Shown one piece after another: positions 40,374 to 49,643 of a stretch of DNA of 64,000 nt; the first letter of the stretch is position 1, and each line of letters starts with the position of its first letter. Origin of the DNA: Candidatus Krumholzibacteriia bacterium (lineage in GTDB: Bacteria; Krumholzibacteriota; Krumholzibacteriia; JAJRXK01). The stretch spans positions 608,001 through 672,000 of the forward strand of contig JBGPIA010000001.1 in NCBI GenBank assembly GCA_041484665.1, written 5' to 3'. The notes under the pieces are model-generated. The model saw only the letters and a list, made by a program, of their open reading frames with translations, was not told where the DNA came from and searched no databases. A program made the position numbers and the translations under genes.

Positions 40374-42635
40374 TCAGCCACCCAGCCGGTAGCTCGCGAA
40401 CATGGCCAGCGCGCGGCTGGCGCGGTCGATCTTGCGGTAGACCGGGATGCCGGCGCGCTGCAGCAGCAGCACACTGGGGTCGTACAGGCGCCCGCTGTCG
40501 ATGGCGAACACCAGGGGTTTGCGCGTCAGCCGTGAGACCCGGATCAGCTCGCCGGGCAGCGAGTGCATGGCGAACACGTTTTCCTCGTGGATGCCGACGG
40601 GATCGGGCGCGAGGATATCCAGTCCCGGCGTCGCCGGGATCGCGGACACGATCAGCAGGTCCACCTCGGGAGCCGCGGCCACGATCTGGACCGCCTCGAT
40701 CAGGTGCGCGGTATCGGCCATGGGGGTGGCGTCCACCGGGTTGCCCGCGTGGGCGATCTCCGGCAGCACCTCGCGCAGGGCCTTGCGCGTGGCAGCGCTG
40801 AATTGCGCCAGCTCCAGCGTGTACAGATGGTCGCTGACCGCACCCGCCTCGAAGCCGGCGTTGGTCACCACGCCCACCCGGCGCCCGGTCACCTCGCGAT
40901 CCTCGAGCATGGAGAGGGCCTTGGTGGCGTCCTCGAACATATTGAGCGTCTCACACACCAGCGCGCCCGCCTCGGTCAGCAACGCGCGCGCGATGTCGTA
41001 GTCACCCGCCATCGACGCCGTGTGGCTGGCCGCCGCCTGCGCGCCGCCGGCCGTCTTGCCCGCCTTGTAGACGACCACGCCATGCCCCGCCGTGCGCGCC
41101 CGTCGCACCAGCGACAGGAACCGTTGTCCCTCGCCGGGCTGGAACCCCTCCACGTAGAAGGCAAGCACGCGCGCTTGCGGCTCGTGCTGGAGGTAGTACT
41201 CGAAGAAGTCGCAGGCCGTGACATCCATCTCGTTGCCGTAACTGATGGAAGCGCGCGGGAAGATCACGCCATCGAGGTTGCTGGTGAAGCTGACCAGATA
41301 GGCGCCCGACTGGCTGACCGCCGCGAGATTGCTGCCAGGCGCCGCGTGGAACGGCAGCTTGTAGGAGGGCAGGAAGAAGGTGTTGTACTCGTCCTTGCTG
41401 ACAATCCCAAGGCAATTGCCTCCCACCAGGATCACGCCGCCGTCCGCCCGTTCGCGCGAGGCCTGCACGGTGGCCTGGATCCGCTCGGCAAGCTGCTTGC
41501 GGCCGGTCTCGGCGAAGCCGCCCGGGATCAGGATGATCGAGCGCGCCTTGCCGTGGTCCACCAGCCCCTGGATCGCGGCTCCCGCCTGCTCGGCGGGAAT
41601 CGAGACCACCGCCAGATCGACGGTCTCGGGGAGGTCGGCGATGGTGCGCACACACGGGATGTTTTCGATGCGCTCGGCGCTGGGATGCACGGCGTACAGG
41701 TGGCCGTAGGCGATCCCCTCCGACTGCTTGAGATTGCGCAGGATGATCCGACCGGCGTTGAGCGACTTGTTCGACGCCCCGCACACCGCGGCGCTGCGCG
41801 GGTGCAATAGGCGTGCGATGGTGGCGATCGGCCGCGGTGGGCGCGGCGCGGACGGTGGCGGCGCGAGCTTCGCCAGCGCGTCGAGGGCCACCAGCTTGCC
41901 GCCGGACGGCACGATCGGGTTGATTTCCAGCTCTTCCAGCCATGGCTCGTCGCCTTCGGGCGCGAGCGCGCCCAGCGCCGCCAGCGCTGACAGCGCCGAT
42001 GCCAGGGCCGAGCGCTCGACGGGCGCCTTGCGGTACACGCGGCTGGGTTTCAGCGCCAGCTGGCCGAACGGCGTCGCCTCCAGCGCTTCCATCGCGTGCT
42101 GCGCGTCGAAGTCGTGGGCGCTGAATAACAGCCGCGAGGCCCCGCCCGAGAGGCCCGCATACCATTCCGTGAGAAGCCCCCCCATCCCGAACACGAGCAC
42201 CGGGCCAAAGGCAGAGTCACGGCGAAAGCTGAGCAGGAATTCGCTGCCGGGCACCTGCGGCTGCAGATCGACCTTGGCCACCACCAGCACGCCGTGGATC
42301 TCGGCGTCGGGCCGCTTGTCGGCCACCACGCGCAGCATGTCGGCCATCTGCGACTGGATGGCCGCCACGTCGTTCGCCGCCACGCGCACGCCGCCCGCCT
42401 CCGTCTTGTGCGGGATCTGCGGCGAAACCACCTTCAGCACCACTTCCTTGCCAGCCAGGGCTGCAGGCAGGTCGTCAGGCACCTTCGCGCCGCGGGCCAC
42501 GAAACGGTGCGGCGACGTGGCAATCCCCGCGGCCTGCAGCACTGCGTAGGCCTCGTGCTCCAGCAGGATCGTGCGCCCCTCTTGGATCGCGGGGCGCAGC
42601 AGCCTGCGGATCGTGTCGACGGAAGGGGTGGGCAT
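40374..42635 (-). CDS. Acetate/acyl-CoA ligase (ADP-forming), fused beta-alpha order
   Basis: N-terminal ATP-grasp (VLKVVSPQIPHKTEAGGV, ELEINP), then CoA-binding (DLAVVSIPA, GGFAE, GGNCLG) and ASHTAS phospho-His; AGGAG SD. Confidence 0.9.
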   Translation of the reverse strand: MPTPSVDTIRRLLRPAIQEGRTILLEHEAYAVLQAAGIATSPHRFVARGAKVPDDLPAALAGKEVVLKVVSPQIPHKTEAGGVRVAANDVAAIQSQMADMLRVVADKRPDAEIHGVLVVAKVDLQPQVPGSEFLLSFRRDSAFGPVLVFGMGGLLTEWYAGLSGGASRLLFSAHDFDAQHAMEALEATPFGQLALKPSRVYRKAPVERSALASALSALAALGALAPEGDEPWLEELEINPIVPSGGKLVALDALAKLAPPPSAPRPPRPIATIARLLHPRSAAVCGASNKSLNAGRIILRNLKQSEGIAYGHLYAVHPSAERIENIPCVRTIADLPETVDLAVVSIPAEQAGAAIQGLVDHGKARSIILIPGGFAETGRKQLAERIQATVQASRERADGGVILVGGNCLGIVSKDEYNTFFLPSYKLPFHAAPGSNLAAVSQSGAYLVSFTSNLDGVIFPRASISYGNEMDVTACDFFEYYLQHEPQARVLAFYVEGFQPGEGQRFLSLVRRARTAGHGVVVYKAGKTAGGAQAAASHTASMAGDYDIARALLTEAGALVCETLNMFEDATKALSMLEDREVTGRRVGVVTNAGFEAGAVSDHLYTLELAQFSAATRKALREVLPEIAHAGNPVDATPMADTAHLIEAVQIVAAAPEVDLLIVSAIPATPGLDILAPDPVGIHEENVFAMHSLPGELIRVSRLTRKPLVFAIDSGRLYDPSVLLLQRAGIPVYRKIDRASRALAMFASYRLGG

Positions 42636-42901
42636 CGGGGTGGCTCCTGAGGACTTCTGGTTGGGCTGGGGCTGGGGTGCGCGGGTGGACTGGCGGGTAC
42701 GTTTGTGCTTGGACTGGTGGTTGGAGCGGCGGGTGGAGTCCGTCACGCCCGCCGAACTCCTGGCACTCACGCCGCTTCTGCCGATCACGGACGCAAACAT
42801 GGCAGTTGAGCCACACCGATACAAGGGGTCTCGGGCCGTATCCCCGGGGCGCCCGCGCGCAGGACGGGCTAGCTGCAACCGCATGTGATAGAGTCGATTG
42901 C

Positions 42902-45865
42902 ATGGCACAGCGCTCTGCGGCCTGCCTGGTCGCCCTCTCCTCCCTGCTGAGGGCAGCCGCCGCACCCCATGACACGCGCACTCGCTTCGAGGCCGCAATC
43001 TCCGCGGCCGACCAGACCTATGCCACCACCACCGGAGACACGAAGCGCTCGATCACCCTGCTGGACTCGCTGGTCGCCGACGCGCGCAGCGGGGGCGACT
43101 CCGCCCTCGTACTGCTGGCCGTCTCGGCACGCGGCCGGCAACTGGCCGGCGTCGGCGAGGCGGCGCGCGCCGAAACCGACCTGCGCGCCGCGCTGCGATT
43201 GTCCAGCGCGGCGCGCGATACCCTGCTGCAGTGCAAGGCGCTGCGCTGGCTGGGGTTGGCCATCGCCACGCAGTCGCGCATCGCCGAGTCCGCCTCCTAT
43301 TACACCGAGCTGTTGCGCCTGTCGCTCGCGCGCAAGGACCGACTCTACGAAGGCTACGGCTATTTCGGCCTCGCATACGTCGATCTGTGCGGCGGCAACA
43401 CCGAGGCGGCGCGCCGCGGCTACGAGCGTGCGATCGCCATTTTCCGCGAGCTGGGCCGCACCCGCGACGAGCTCTACGTGCTGGTGGGGATGGGCAGGCT
43501 GCTCGGGGAGGTCGGAGACCTGGAGGCCGCCCGGCGGTGTTTTCTCACCATCGTCGAGCGTGGCCGGCAGGTGGGGGCGCTCCAACCGCAGGTCGAGGCC
43601 CTGAACAATCTGGCCCTGCTCGAGCAGACCATCGGCGACCCCGGCCTCGCCCTGCAGCATTTTCGCGAAGCCTACGGGCTGTCCCGCGCGACGTCGAACA
43701 CCGATGACATGATCATGGCCCGGATCAATATCACAAGTGCCCTGACCCAGCTCGGCCACTTCGACGCCGCCGTTGCGGTGCTGGACTCCGCACTGCAGGT
43801 CTGCCGCGACCAGCACTACGTGGAGAAGGAGGCGTGGGTCCTCGACTACTTTGCAGACTTGAGGCGGCAACAAGGCCGGCCGAGGGAAGCGGAAGGGCTC
43901 TACCGCGCCGCGCTGGCGCTGGGCGGCGCGGTCCCGCCGCCTGTACAAGAGACAACTGTGCTGGGACTGGTGGAGAGCATGGGCGACTCCGTGGCTGCGC
44001 TGGCGACGCTGCGGCAGCACGCGGCCCGGCTGCGCCCGTTTCTCGCTTCGGGCAGAGCCGACCTCTTCGAATGCGAAGAGGGCATCCTGCTCCAGCGTCT
44101 GCGGCGGCACGCGCAAGCCCTGCGTCTGCTGCTGGCGGCGGATCGCGTGGCGCGGCGCACTGGCGCCATCACTGACCGTCTGCGGCCGCTCGTGCACGCG
44201 GCAGAGTGCTGGCGCGCTCTGGGACGACCCGACAGCGCGCTGATCGCGCTGCGGGGCGCCGAGCAGGTGTGGGAGACGCAGCGCGGGCTGCCCCGCGATC
44301 CACAATGGCGCGAGCTGCGCGGAACGCTGGCGCGGCAGTTCTACGGAAGCATGGCCGAGCTGCTGCTGGCCTACCCCCCTGAGCTGCCGCCCCAGGCGCG
44401 CACGCGGCGGGCGTTCGACGCGCTGCAGAAGTTCAAGGCACGCTCCCTGCTCGAGCGCATGACCGGCCCTGGCCTGGCCGCGGGCCACGTTCCGTTACCC
44501 GAGCAGCTGTCGATCCGCACCCTGGCACAAGTCCAGGACGCGGTGCTCGGCGACGGCGAGCTTCTCCTCGATTTCTTCGTCTCCACGGACGCCTCGTTCC
44601 TGTTTGCCGTGACGCGCAGCGAGTGCCGCGCGATCCGGCTGGTCGATGGGCCCGCGCTGGAGACCGCCGTCGCGCTCGCGCGCGACCTGTGGGCGACCGC
44701 GCCGCCGGAGCGCGCGCCCGCCGAGCAGGAGCCGCTCCGGCAAGCCGGGGTCGCGCTCGCGCGCATGCTGCTGGGCGAGGTGAGCGATCTCGTGCGCGCC
44801 AGCCGGCGCGTGATCGTCGCGCCCGATGGTCCGCTCAACCTCGTCGCCTTCGGCGCGCTGCCGGCGCCACGGATGGGGTCCAGCGGATCCGCGTCCGCCA
44901 CCAGATCCGCGGCCCTGGAGGTGGCCAGCCCGGTTTCCCTGCTGCGTGACCGCGAGCTCTGGAGCGTTCCCTCGGCGACCGTGCTCGCGCAGCTGCGGGC
45001 CCGACCAATGGGCGCGGCCGGTGACGTGCACGGACACAACGCGCCCGCCGTGCCGCCGGCGCCGGATCGCATCTTTGCCTGCGCACTCGGCGCGACCGCC
45101 GCCGGCCGCGCGCTACCCGGCGCGGTCGGAGAGGTCCGCTGGCTCGCGCGCCGCTATCGCGGAGTGGATCTCGCCCTGGACGATTTTAGCCGAGGCGGGC
45201 AGGCGCTCGTCGAGGCGCTGCCGGGGCACCGGGTCGTGCATCTGGCGACGCACACCGTGGTCGATGATCAGCGCCCCTGGAACTCCGGGCTGTTCCTCGG
45301 TTCGACCCGTGGCGGCGCCGTGGACGCCTACCTGCGCGCCAGCGAGATCGCCGAGCTGAGGCTTTCGGCCGATCTCTGCGTGCTGTCCGGCTGCGAGTCG
45401 GCGGGCGGCCGCGTACTGTCGGGCGAGGGTGTGCAGGGGCTCTGCGGCGCCTTCCTCAGCGCTGGGGTCCCGGCCGTGCTCGCGACGCTGTGGCCGGTCG
45501 ATGACCGCTCGACGGCGCGCATCGTGCGCGAGTTCTATTGCGCACTTGGCCGCGGCGGCAGCGCCGCCGAGGCGCTGCGCCGCGCGCAGCTCACCGTGGC
45601 CACGGACCCGCGCACGAGCCATCCGTTCTTCTGGGCGGGGTTCGTCCTGACCGGCGACGGCATGGCGCACGTGCGGCTGGCGCGCCGAGTCCCGCCCGCG
45701 GCCCCGGCTTGCGTGGCCGGCGCAGCCCTGGTGGCGATCGTGGCGCTGGCCCGTGCCCGACGTCGACGTCGTGCCCGGCGCAACGCGCGCGACCGGGTGT
45801 TGGCGTCCGCGCCGCTTCGTCGCGCCACCCTGTCCGACGCCGGCGCCACCGAGATCCGTCCGTGA
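42902..45865 (+). CDS. TPR + CHAT (caspase-like) protease with C-terminal TM anchor
   Basis: TPR-like repeats (EALNNLALL), IVAPDGPLNLVAF.AL, VVHLATHT, LCVLSGCESAGG, LATLWPVDD, HPFFWAGFVLTGD, then TM + RRRRR. Confidence 0.9.
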   Translation: MAQRSAACLVALSSLLRAAAAPHDTRTRFEAAISAADQTYATTTGDTKRSITLLDSLVADARSGGDSALVLLAVSARGRQLAGVGEAARAETDLRAALRLSSAARDTLLQCKALRWLGLAIATQSRIAESASYYTELLRLSLARKDRLYEGYGYFGLAYVDLCGGNTEAARRGYERAIAIFRELGRTRDELYVLVGMGRLLGEVGDLEAARRCFLTIVERGRQVGALQPQVEALNNLALLEQTIGDPGLALQHFREAYGLSRATSNTDDMIMARINITSALTQLGHFDAAVAVLDSALQVCRDQHYVEKEAWVLDYFADLRRQQGRPREAEGLYRAALALGGAVPPPVQETTVLGLVESMGDSVAALATLRQHAARLRPFLASGRADLFECEEGILLQRLRRHAQALRLLLAADRVARRTGAITDRLRPLVHAAECWRALGRPDSALIALRGAEQVWETQRGLPRDPQWRELRGTLARQFYGSMAELLLAYPPELPPQARTRRAFDALQKFKARSLLERMTGPGLAAGHVPLPEQLSIRTLAQVQDAVLGDGELLLDFFVSTDASFLFAVTRSECRAIRLVDGPALETAVALARDLWATAPPERAPAEQEPLRQAGVALARMLLGEVSDLVRASRRVIVAPDGPLNLVAFGALPAPRMGSSGSASATRSAALEVASPVSLLRDRELWSVPSATVLAQLRARPMGAAGDVHGHNAPAVPPAPDRIFACALGATAAGRALPGAVGEVRWLARRYRGVDLALDDFSRGGQALVEALPGHRVVHLATHTVVDDQRPWNSGLFLGSTRGGAVDAYLRASEIAELRLSADLCVLSGCESAGGRVLSGEGVQGLCGAFLSAGVPAVLATLWPVDDRSTARIVREFYCALGRGGSAAEALRRAQLTVATDPRTSHPFFWAGFVLTGDGMAHVRLARRVPPAAPACVAGAALVAIVALARARRRRRARRNARDRVLASAPLRRATLSDAGATEIRP

Positions 45866-45889
45866 CGAATCCGGCGATGAGGTCTCTCT
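45862..45889 (+). promoter_or_regulatory. Candidate ECF-sigma promoter, copy 1 (autoregulatory, near-leaderless)
   Basis: GTGA-N16-GTCTCTCT ending 4 nt before the sigma ATG; same motif at 47391 and 49493. Confidence 0.65.
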
Positions 45890-45893
45890 GACC

Positions 45894-46505
45894 ATGGACG
45901 CGGACGACCGTGCCGGGGCCGTGTCGGGGCTGACCGACGACGAGCTGGTCCAGCTCGCCGTACGCGAGACCCAAGCCGGTGGTGGCGGACCGGCCGCCGG
46001 CGAGCTCTTGAGCCGCTACCAGCTGCGAGTCTATCGGTGGTGCCGCCGCTATGCGCGCGACCACGAGCGGGCGCTCGACCTCAGCCAGGACGTCCTGCTG
46101 CTCGCGTACCGCGCGCTGGGCTCCTTCGAAGGGAGGGCGCCGTTTTCGGCCTGGCTGTTCACCATTACGCGACGTCGCTGCATCCGGGCCATGCGGCCCG
46201 TGAGCATGCTGCGTTACGACGACGCCGAGCTGGAGCTGATCCCCGACGACCGCCCTGGAGCCGACCGTGCCCTGGAGGACGAGGATGAGCTGCAGCGCAT
46301 GATGGAGCTCGTGCGCAGTTGCCTCGACCCGGTAGAGCAGAAGGCGCTGATGATGCGCTGCATGGAGCGCATCCCGGTGGATGAGATCACGCAGCTTCTG
46401 GGAATCGCAGCGGCATCGGGCGCGCGCGGCGTCCTGCAGCAGGCACGTCGCAAGCTGCGCGCGGCATCGCACGAGGATGACGCTGGAGACGGGAGAACCC
46501 CATGA
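45894..46505 (+). CDS. ECF-family RNA polymerase sigma factor
   Basis: TDDELV, ALDLSQDVLL.AYRALGSFEGRAPFSAWLFTI (region 2), region 4 EITQLLGI...ARRKLR. Confidence 0.9.
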   Translation: MDADDRAGAVSGLTDDELVQLAVRETQAGGGGPAAGELLSRYQLRVYRWCRRYARDHERALDLSQDVLLLAYRALGSFEGRAPFSAWLFTITRRRCIRAMRPVSMLRYDDAELELIPDDRPGADRALEDEDELQRMMELVRSCLDPVEQKALMMRCMERIPVDEITQLLGIAAASGARGVLQQARRKLRAASHEDDAGDGRTP

Positions 46506-47278
46506 GCGAACGATGCCTGACCGTCGAGGAATTGGCGGTGGCCCTGCAGCAGTCGGAGACGAGCCCAGGGCGCCGCCATCTCGCCGGGTGTCCGCGCTGC
46601 CAATCGGTCCTGATGTCCTACCGGGAGTTCCTCGAGCCCACCGCGACGCTCCCCGAGGGGGAGCTGCGGGAGGCCAACGCCAGGTTGCAGGAGCAGCTGG
46701 AGAAGCAGCTCGCTCTGGCCGGGCAGCCGGCGGGGCCGGCGGGGCGCTCGACAGCGGCACGACGCCCGCGTACGCACCGCGCGTGGCGCGACCGCCTCCC
46801 TGGCTGGCGCACGCTGCGCCCCGCGTGGACCGTGGCGCTCGGTGCGCTGGCCGTCGTGGCCGTGATCGCTGCGATCGAGCTCGCGCCCGACCGTTCGCGC
46901 CCGATCGTGTTGCGCGAGCAGGGAGAGCAGCGCGGAGTTCCCACGGGACTTCCGGCGCTGCTCCCAGTCGAGCCCGCGCCGGACGGAGGCTTGACGATTC
47001 GCTGGCAGCCGGTGTCCGGGGCAGATTCCTACGAGGTGCGGGTCTACTCCACGCAGCTGCAGGAGGTCGCACGCCTGGGCCCCGTGAGCGGGACCTCGTT
47101 CCTCTTGCGCCGCGCCGCGCTTCCCGCCGCGGCGGCGCCGGCCGGCGCGCCCGCGGGCACGTCGGCGGGCACGTCCGCCGCGGCGGCGCAGGACACCTTC
47201 CTGGTGCGCGTGGCCGCGCAGCGCGGCGGGGCGCAAATCGGCCTCTCCCACGTGACGAGTGTTCGACTGACGCGCTGA
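46502..47278 (+). CDS. Zinc-finger (ZAS-type) transmembrane anti-sigma factor
   Basis: ATGA overlap with the sigma gene; C...HLAGCPRC (HxxxCxxC); one TM; extracytoplasmic beta domain (IRWQPVSGADSYEVRVY). Confidence 0.85.
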   Translation: MSERCLTVEELAVALQQSETSPGRRHLAGCPRCQSVLMSYREFLEPTATLPEGELREANARLQEQLEKQLALAGQPAGPAGRSTAARRPRTHRAWRDRLPGWRTLRPAWTVALGALAVVAVIAAIELAPDRSRPIVLREQGEQRGVPTGLPALLPVEPAPDGGLTIRWQPVSGADSYEVRVYSTQLQEVARLGPVSGTSFLLRRAALPAAAAPAGAPAGTSAGTSAAAAQDTFLVRVAAQRGGAQIGLSHVTSVRLTR

Positions 47279-47389
47279 GCGGAACCCACCGTACGCTTCC
47301 CTCCACGCGCGGTCGCCTGTACGTGAGCCGCGATCGACGTGAACTCCCGTGCGCGTCGGCGTGCGCCGGGGTGCGCCCCATCGGCATGG

Positions 47390-47420
47390 TGTGATCCAGC
47401 GCCGACCGCTGTCTCTCTTC
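47390..47420 (+). promoter_or_regulatory. Candidate ECF-sigma promoter, copy 2
   Basis: TGTGA-N16-GTCTCTCTTC about 100 nt upstream of ATG 47518. Confidence 0.65.
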
Positions 47421-47517
47421 GAGCAGAGCCGCCGATCCGCATGCTCCTCATCCCCACGCACGGTCCAGGAACGGCGTCACTCCCGGGCCTGCGACCGACC
47501 CCACAGGAGGGTCAATC

Positions 47518-49434
47518 ATGACTTGGCATTTCTCATCGTCTCCGGCCGCGCTGCGAGCTGTGCTCTCGGCGGTGGCCAGCTTGCTCCTCGCGCTCGATCC
47601 CGCCGGCATCGTTGCGGCCGGATCGCCGCCCAGCGCGGGGCCCGGCGCGCCGGCCCCCGGCAGTGCACGCATTGCCAGCAGCCCGCTCCCCAGGCTCGGG
47701 GTCGCGCCCAAGTCGGCCCCGCCCTCCGGCTTCACCTACCAGGGCCAGCTGCGCAACGGGCTCGGCGTGGTCAGTGGGCCGTGCGATCTCCAATTCTCGC
47801 TGTTCGATGCGCCGGCTGCGGGCGCTCAAGTTGGCACCACCCAGACCAGGCTCGGCGTCACCGTGGACAACGGGGTCTTGACCGTCCAGCTCGACTTCGG
47901 GGCCGGCGCGTTCCAAGGCGACGCGCGGTGGCTGGAAATCGCGGTGCGGTCTCCGTCGGGAGGCGGAAGCTACACCACGCTCACGCCGCGGCAGGCGGTG
48001 ACGGCTGCTCCACAGGCCCTGACGCTGCGCCCCGGCGCGCAGATTCGCACCGCCAGCGAGCCAATCGGGCTCACGGTGAGCGCGTCGGACGTCGCGTGGG
48101 TCGCCCCGGTCGGCGTGATGGCGACCGGCGGCACCAGCACGAATACGTTCCCGGGACAGCCTACCGGTGTGTTCGGTGAATCCGCCAACGGCACCGGGCT
48201 CCTGGGGTACAGCCAGAACGGGATCGCCATCGTGGGTCAATCCGATCTGAACGACGGCGTGCAGGGCATCAGCCAGGGCTCCAACGGGGTGTCCGGCTTC
48301 TCGGCAAAGGTCGGGGCGAGCGGCGTGTACGGCGAGAACAGCGCCGGTGGATACGGAGTCGCTGGACGCGCGTCCGGGAGCGGCATCGGCGTGTTCGGCG
48401 AAAACTTCGACTCCAACGGCTGGGCAGGGCGTTTCAACGGCAGGACGCTGATGAGTGGCGACCAGACTGTGCTCGGAAACCAGATCATCACATTCGACCA
48501 ATCAATTGCCGGTAGCCAGGACGTTGCCGGCGGCCAAACCGTAAGTGGCCCGCTGTCCGCGATGAGCGATGTCAGCGTAGGGGGCAACCAGTCGTTCGGC
48601 TCCGTGACGCGGCAGATGCTGAATCTGTGGGGGACCCAATACGGCGTCGGTGTCCAGAACGCCACCTTCTATTCCCGCAGCGGGGGCGCGTACGCCTGGT
48701 ACCAAGGGGGTACGCACAGCAACAGCCCCAATGACCCCGGACTGGGCGGGATCCCGCTCATGAACCTCAGTGCCAGCGGCAGGCTCAGCACGCTCAGCGG
48801 AATGACCGGTGGCACGCCGACCCCCGGCCAGAGCGGCGTGAGCGGCTCCAACACGGCGGCCTTCGACGCGTCCTTCGGTTCGGCGGGCGTGCTCGGCACG
48901 AGCACCCAAAATGTCGGCGTGATCGCCCAGAGCTCGAACTTCCGCCCCTTCATGGCGTTCGGCAGCAATCTGCTGGATCCAAAGTTCTACATCGAGAACA
49001 ACGGAAACGTGCGCGCCGACGGGACCTTCTCCTCACCGGCGGCCGACTTCGCCGAGATGATGCCGGCCGGTGAAGTCCTCGAGCCCGGCGACGTGCTGGC
49101 GATCGGAGCCGACGGCGCGCTCGTCCGCTCCCGCGCGCCATACCAGCGCAGCGTGGTCGGCGTGTACTCGACCAAGCCGGCGTTCCTCGGCGGATCGCAG
49201 GAAGGTGGCAGGACCGCGGGGCAGGTGCCCCTCGCGGTCGTCGGCATTGTGCCGGTGAAGGTCACGGCTTCCAATGGCCCGATCCGGCCGGGGGACCTGC
49301 TCGTGGCCTCCTCCAGCCCGGGGCGCGCCATGCGCGCCGATGACGCTCCATCCATCGGATCGGTGATCGGCAAGGCGCTACAGCGTCTGGACGACGGCGC
49401 CGGGACAATCCAGGTCGTCATCATGCTCCAGTAG
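47518..49434 (+). CDS. Exported fibre-like protein (FTYQG N-domain, Gly-rich beta repeats, C-terminal peptidase-G2-like chaperone), paralog 1
   Basis: Signal-like N-terminus, GFTYQGQL, GVxG repeats, ADFAE...GDVLAIG...VGVYSTKP...GIVPVKV...GDLLVAS...IGKAL; AGGAGG SD. Confidence 0.8.
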   Translation: MTWHFSSSPAALRAVLSAVASLLLALDPAGIVAAGSPPSAGPGAPAPGSARIASSPLPRLGVAPKSAPPSGFTYQGQLRNGLGVVSGPCDLQFSLFDAPAAGAQVGTTQTRLGVTVDNGVLTVQLDFGAGAFQGDARWLEIAVRSPSGGGSYTTLTPRQAVTAAPQALTLRPGAQIRTASEPIGLTVSASDVAWVAPVGVMATGGTSTNTFPGQPTGVFGESANGTGLLGYSQNGIAIVGQSDLNDGVQGISQGSNGVSGFSAKVGASGVYGENSAGGYGVAGRASGSGIGVFGENFDSNGWAGRFNGRTLMSGDQTVLGNQIITFDQSIAGSQDVAGGQTVSGPLSAMSDVSVGGNQSFGSVTRQMLNLWGTQYGVGVQNATFYSRSGGAYAWYQGGTHSNSPNDPGLGGIPLMNLSASGRLSTLSGMTGGTPTPGQSGVSGSNTAAFDASFGSAGVLGTSTQNVGVIAQSSNFRPFMAFGSNLLDPKFYIENNGNVRADGTFSSPAADFAEMMPAGEVLEPGDVLAIGADGALVRSRAPYQRSVVGVYSTKPAFLGGSQEGGRTAGQVPLAVVGIVPVKVTASNGPIRPGDLLVASSSPGRAMRADDAPSIGSVIGKALQRLDDGAGTIQVVIMLQ

Positions 49435-49491
49435 GCGCTCCCGGCCGCCCGCCAGCGCGTGGCCGGCTTGGCGCGACGGGTCGTTCGGATT

Positions 49492-49522
49492 TGTGACGTG
49501 GCGTCGCTGGGCGTCTCCCTTC
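49492..49522 (+). promoter_or_regulatory. Candidate ECF-sigma promoter, copy 3
   Basis: TGTGA-N16-GTCTCCCTTC about 120 nt upstream of ATG 49644. Confidence 0.65.
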
Positions 49523-49643
49523 CGTCAGCCGGGCAATCCGCTCGATCGGCGGCTCGATCCCCGCGGGCCGGGGGTCTCCCGCCTCTGGCCCGTCACCCTG
49601 GCGCCATCGTTGCGGCGCCTCGCGCCAACCAGGAGGGCTCAGC

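Noticed and set aside
42884..42910. TGTGA just upstream of the CHAT gene as a fourth ECF promoter
   Set aside because: No GTCTC 16 nt downstream.
47115..47190. GCGGGCACGTC tandem repeat in the anti-sigma gene
   Set aside because: Simply encodes a low-complexity linker (APAGAPAGTSAGTSAAAA).
42902..47278. Type III-E CRISPR (Craspase) locus
   Set aside because: No cas7-11 or other cas genes and no repeat-spacer array seen anywhere in the window.
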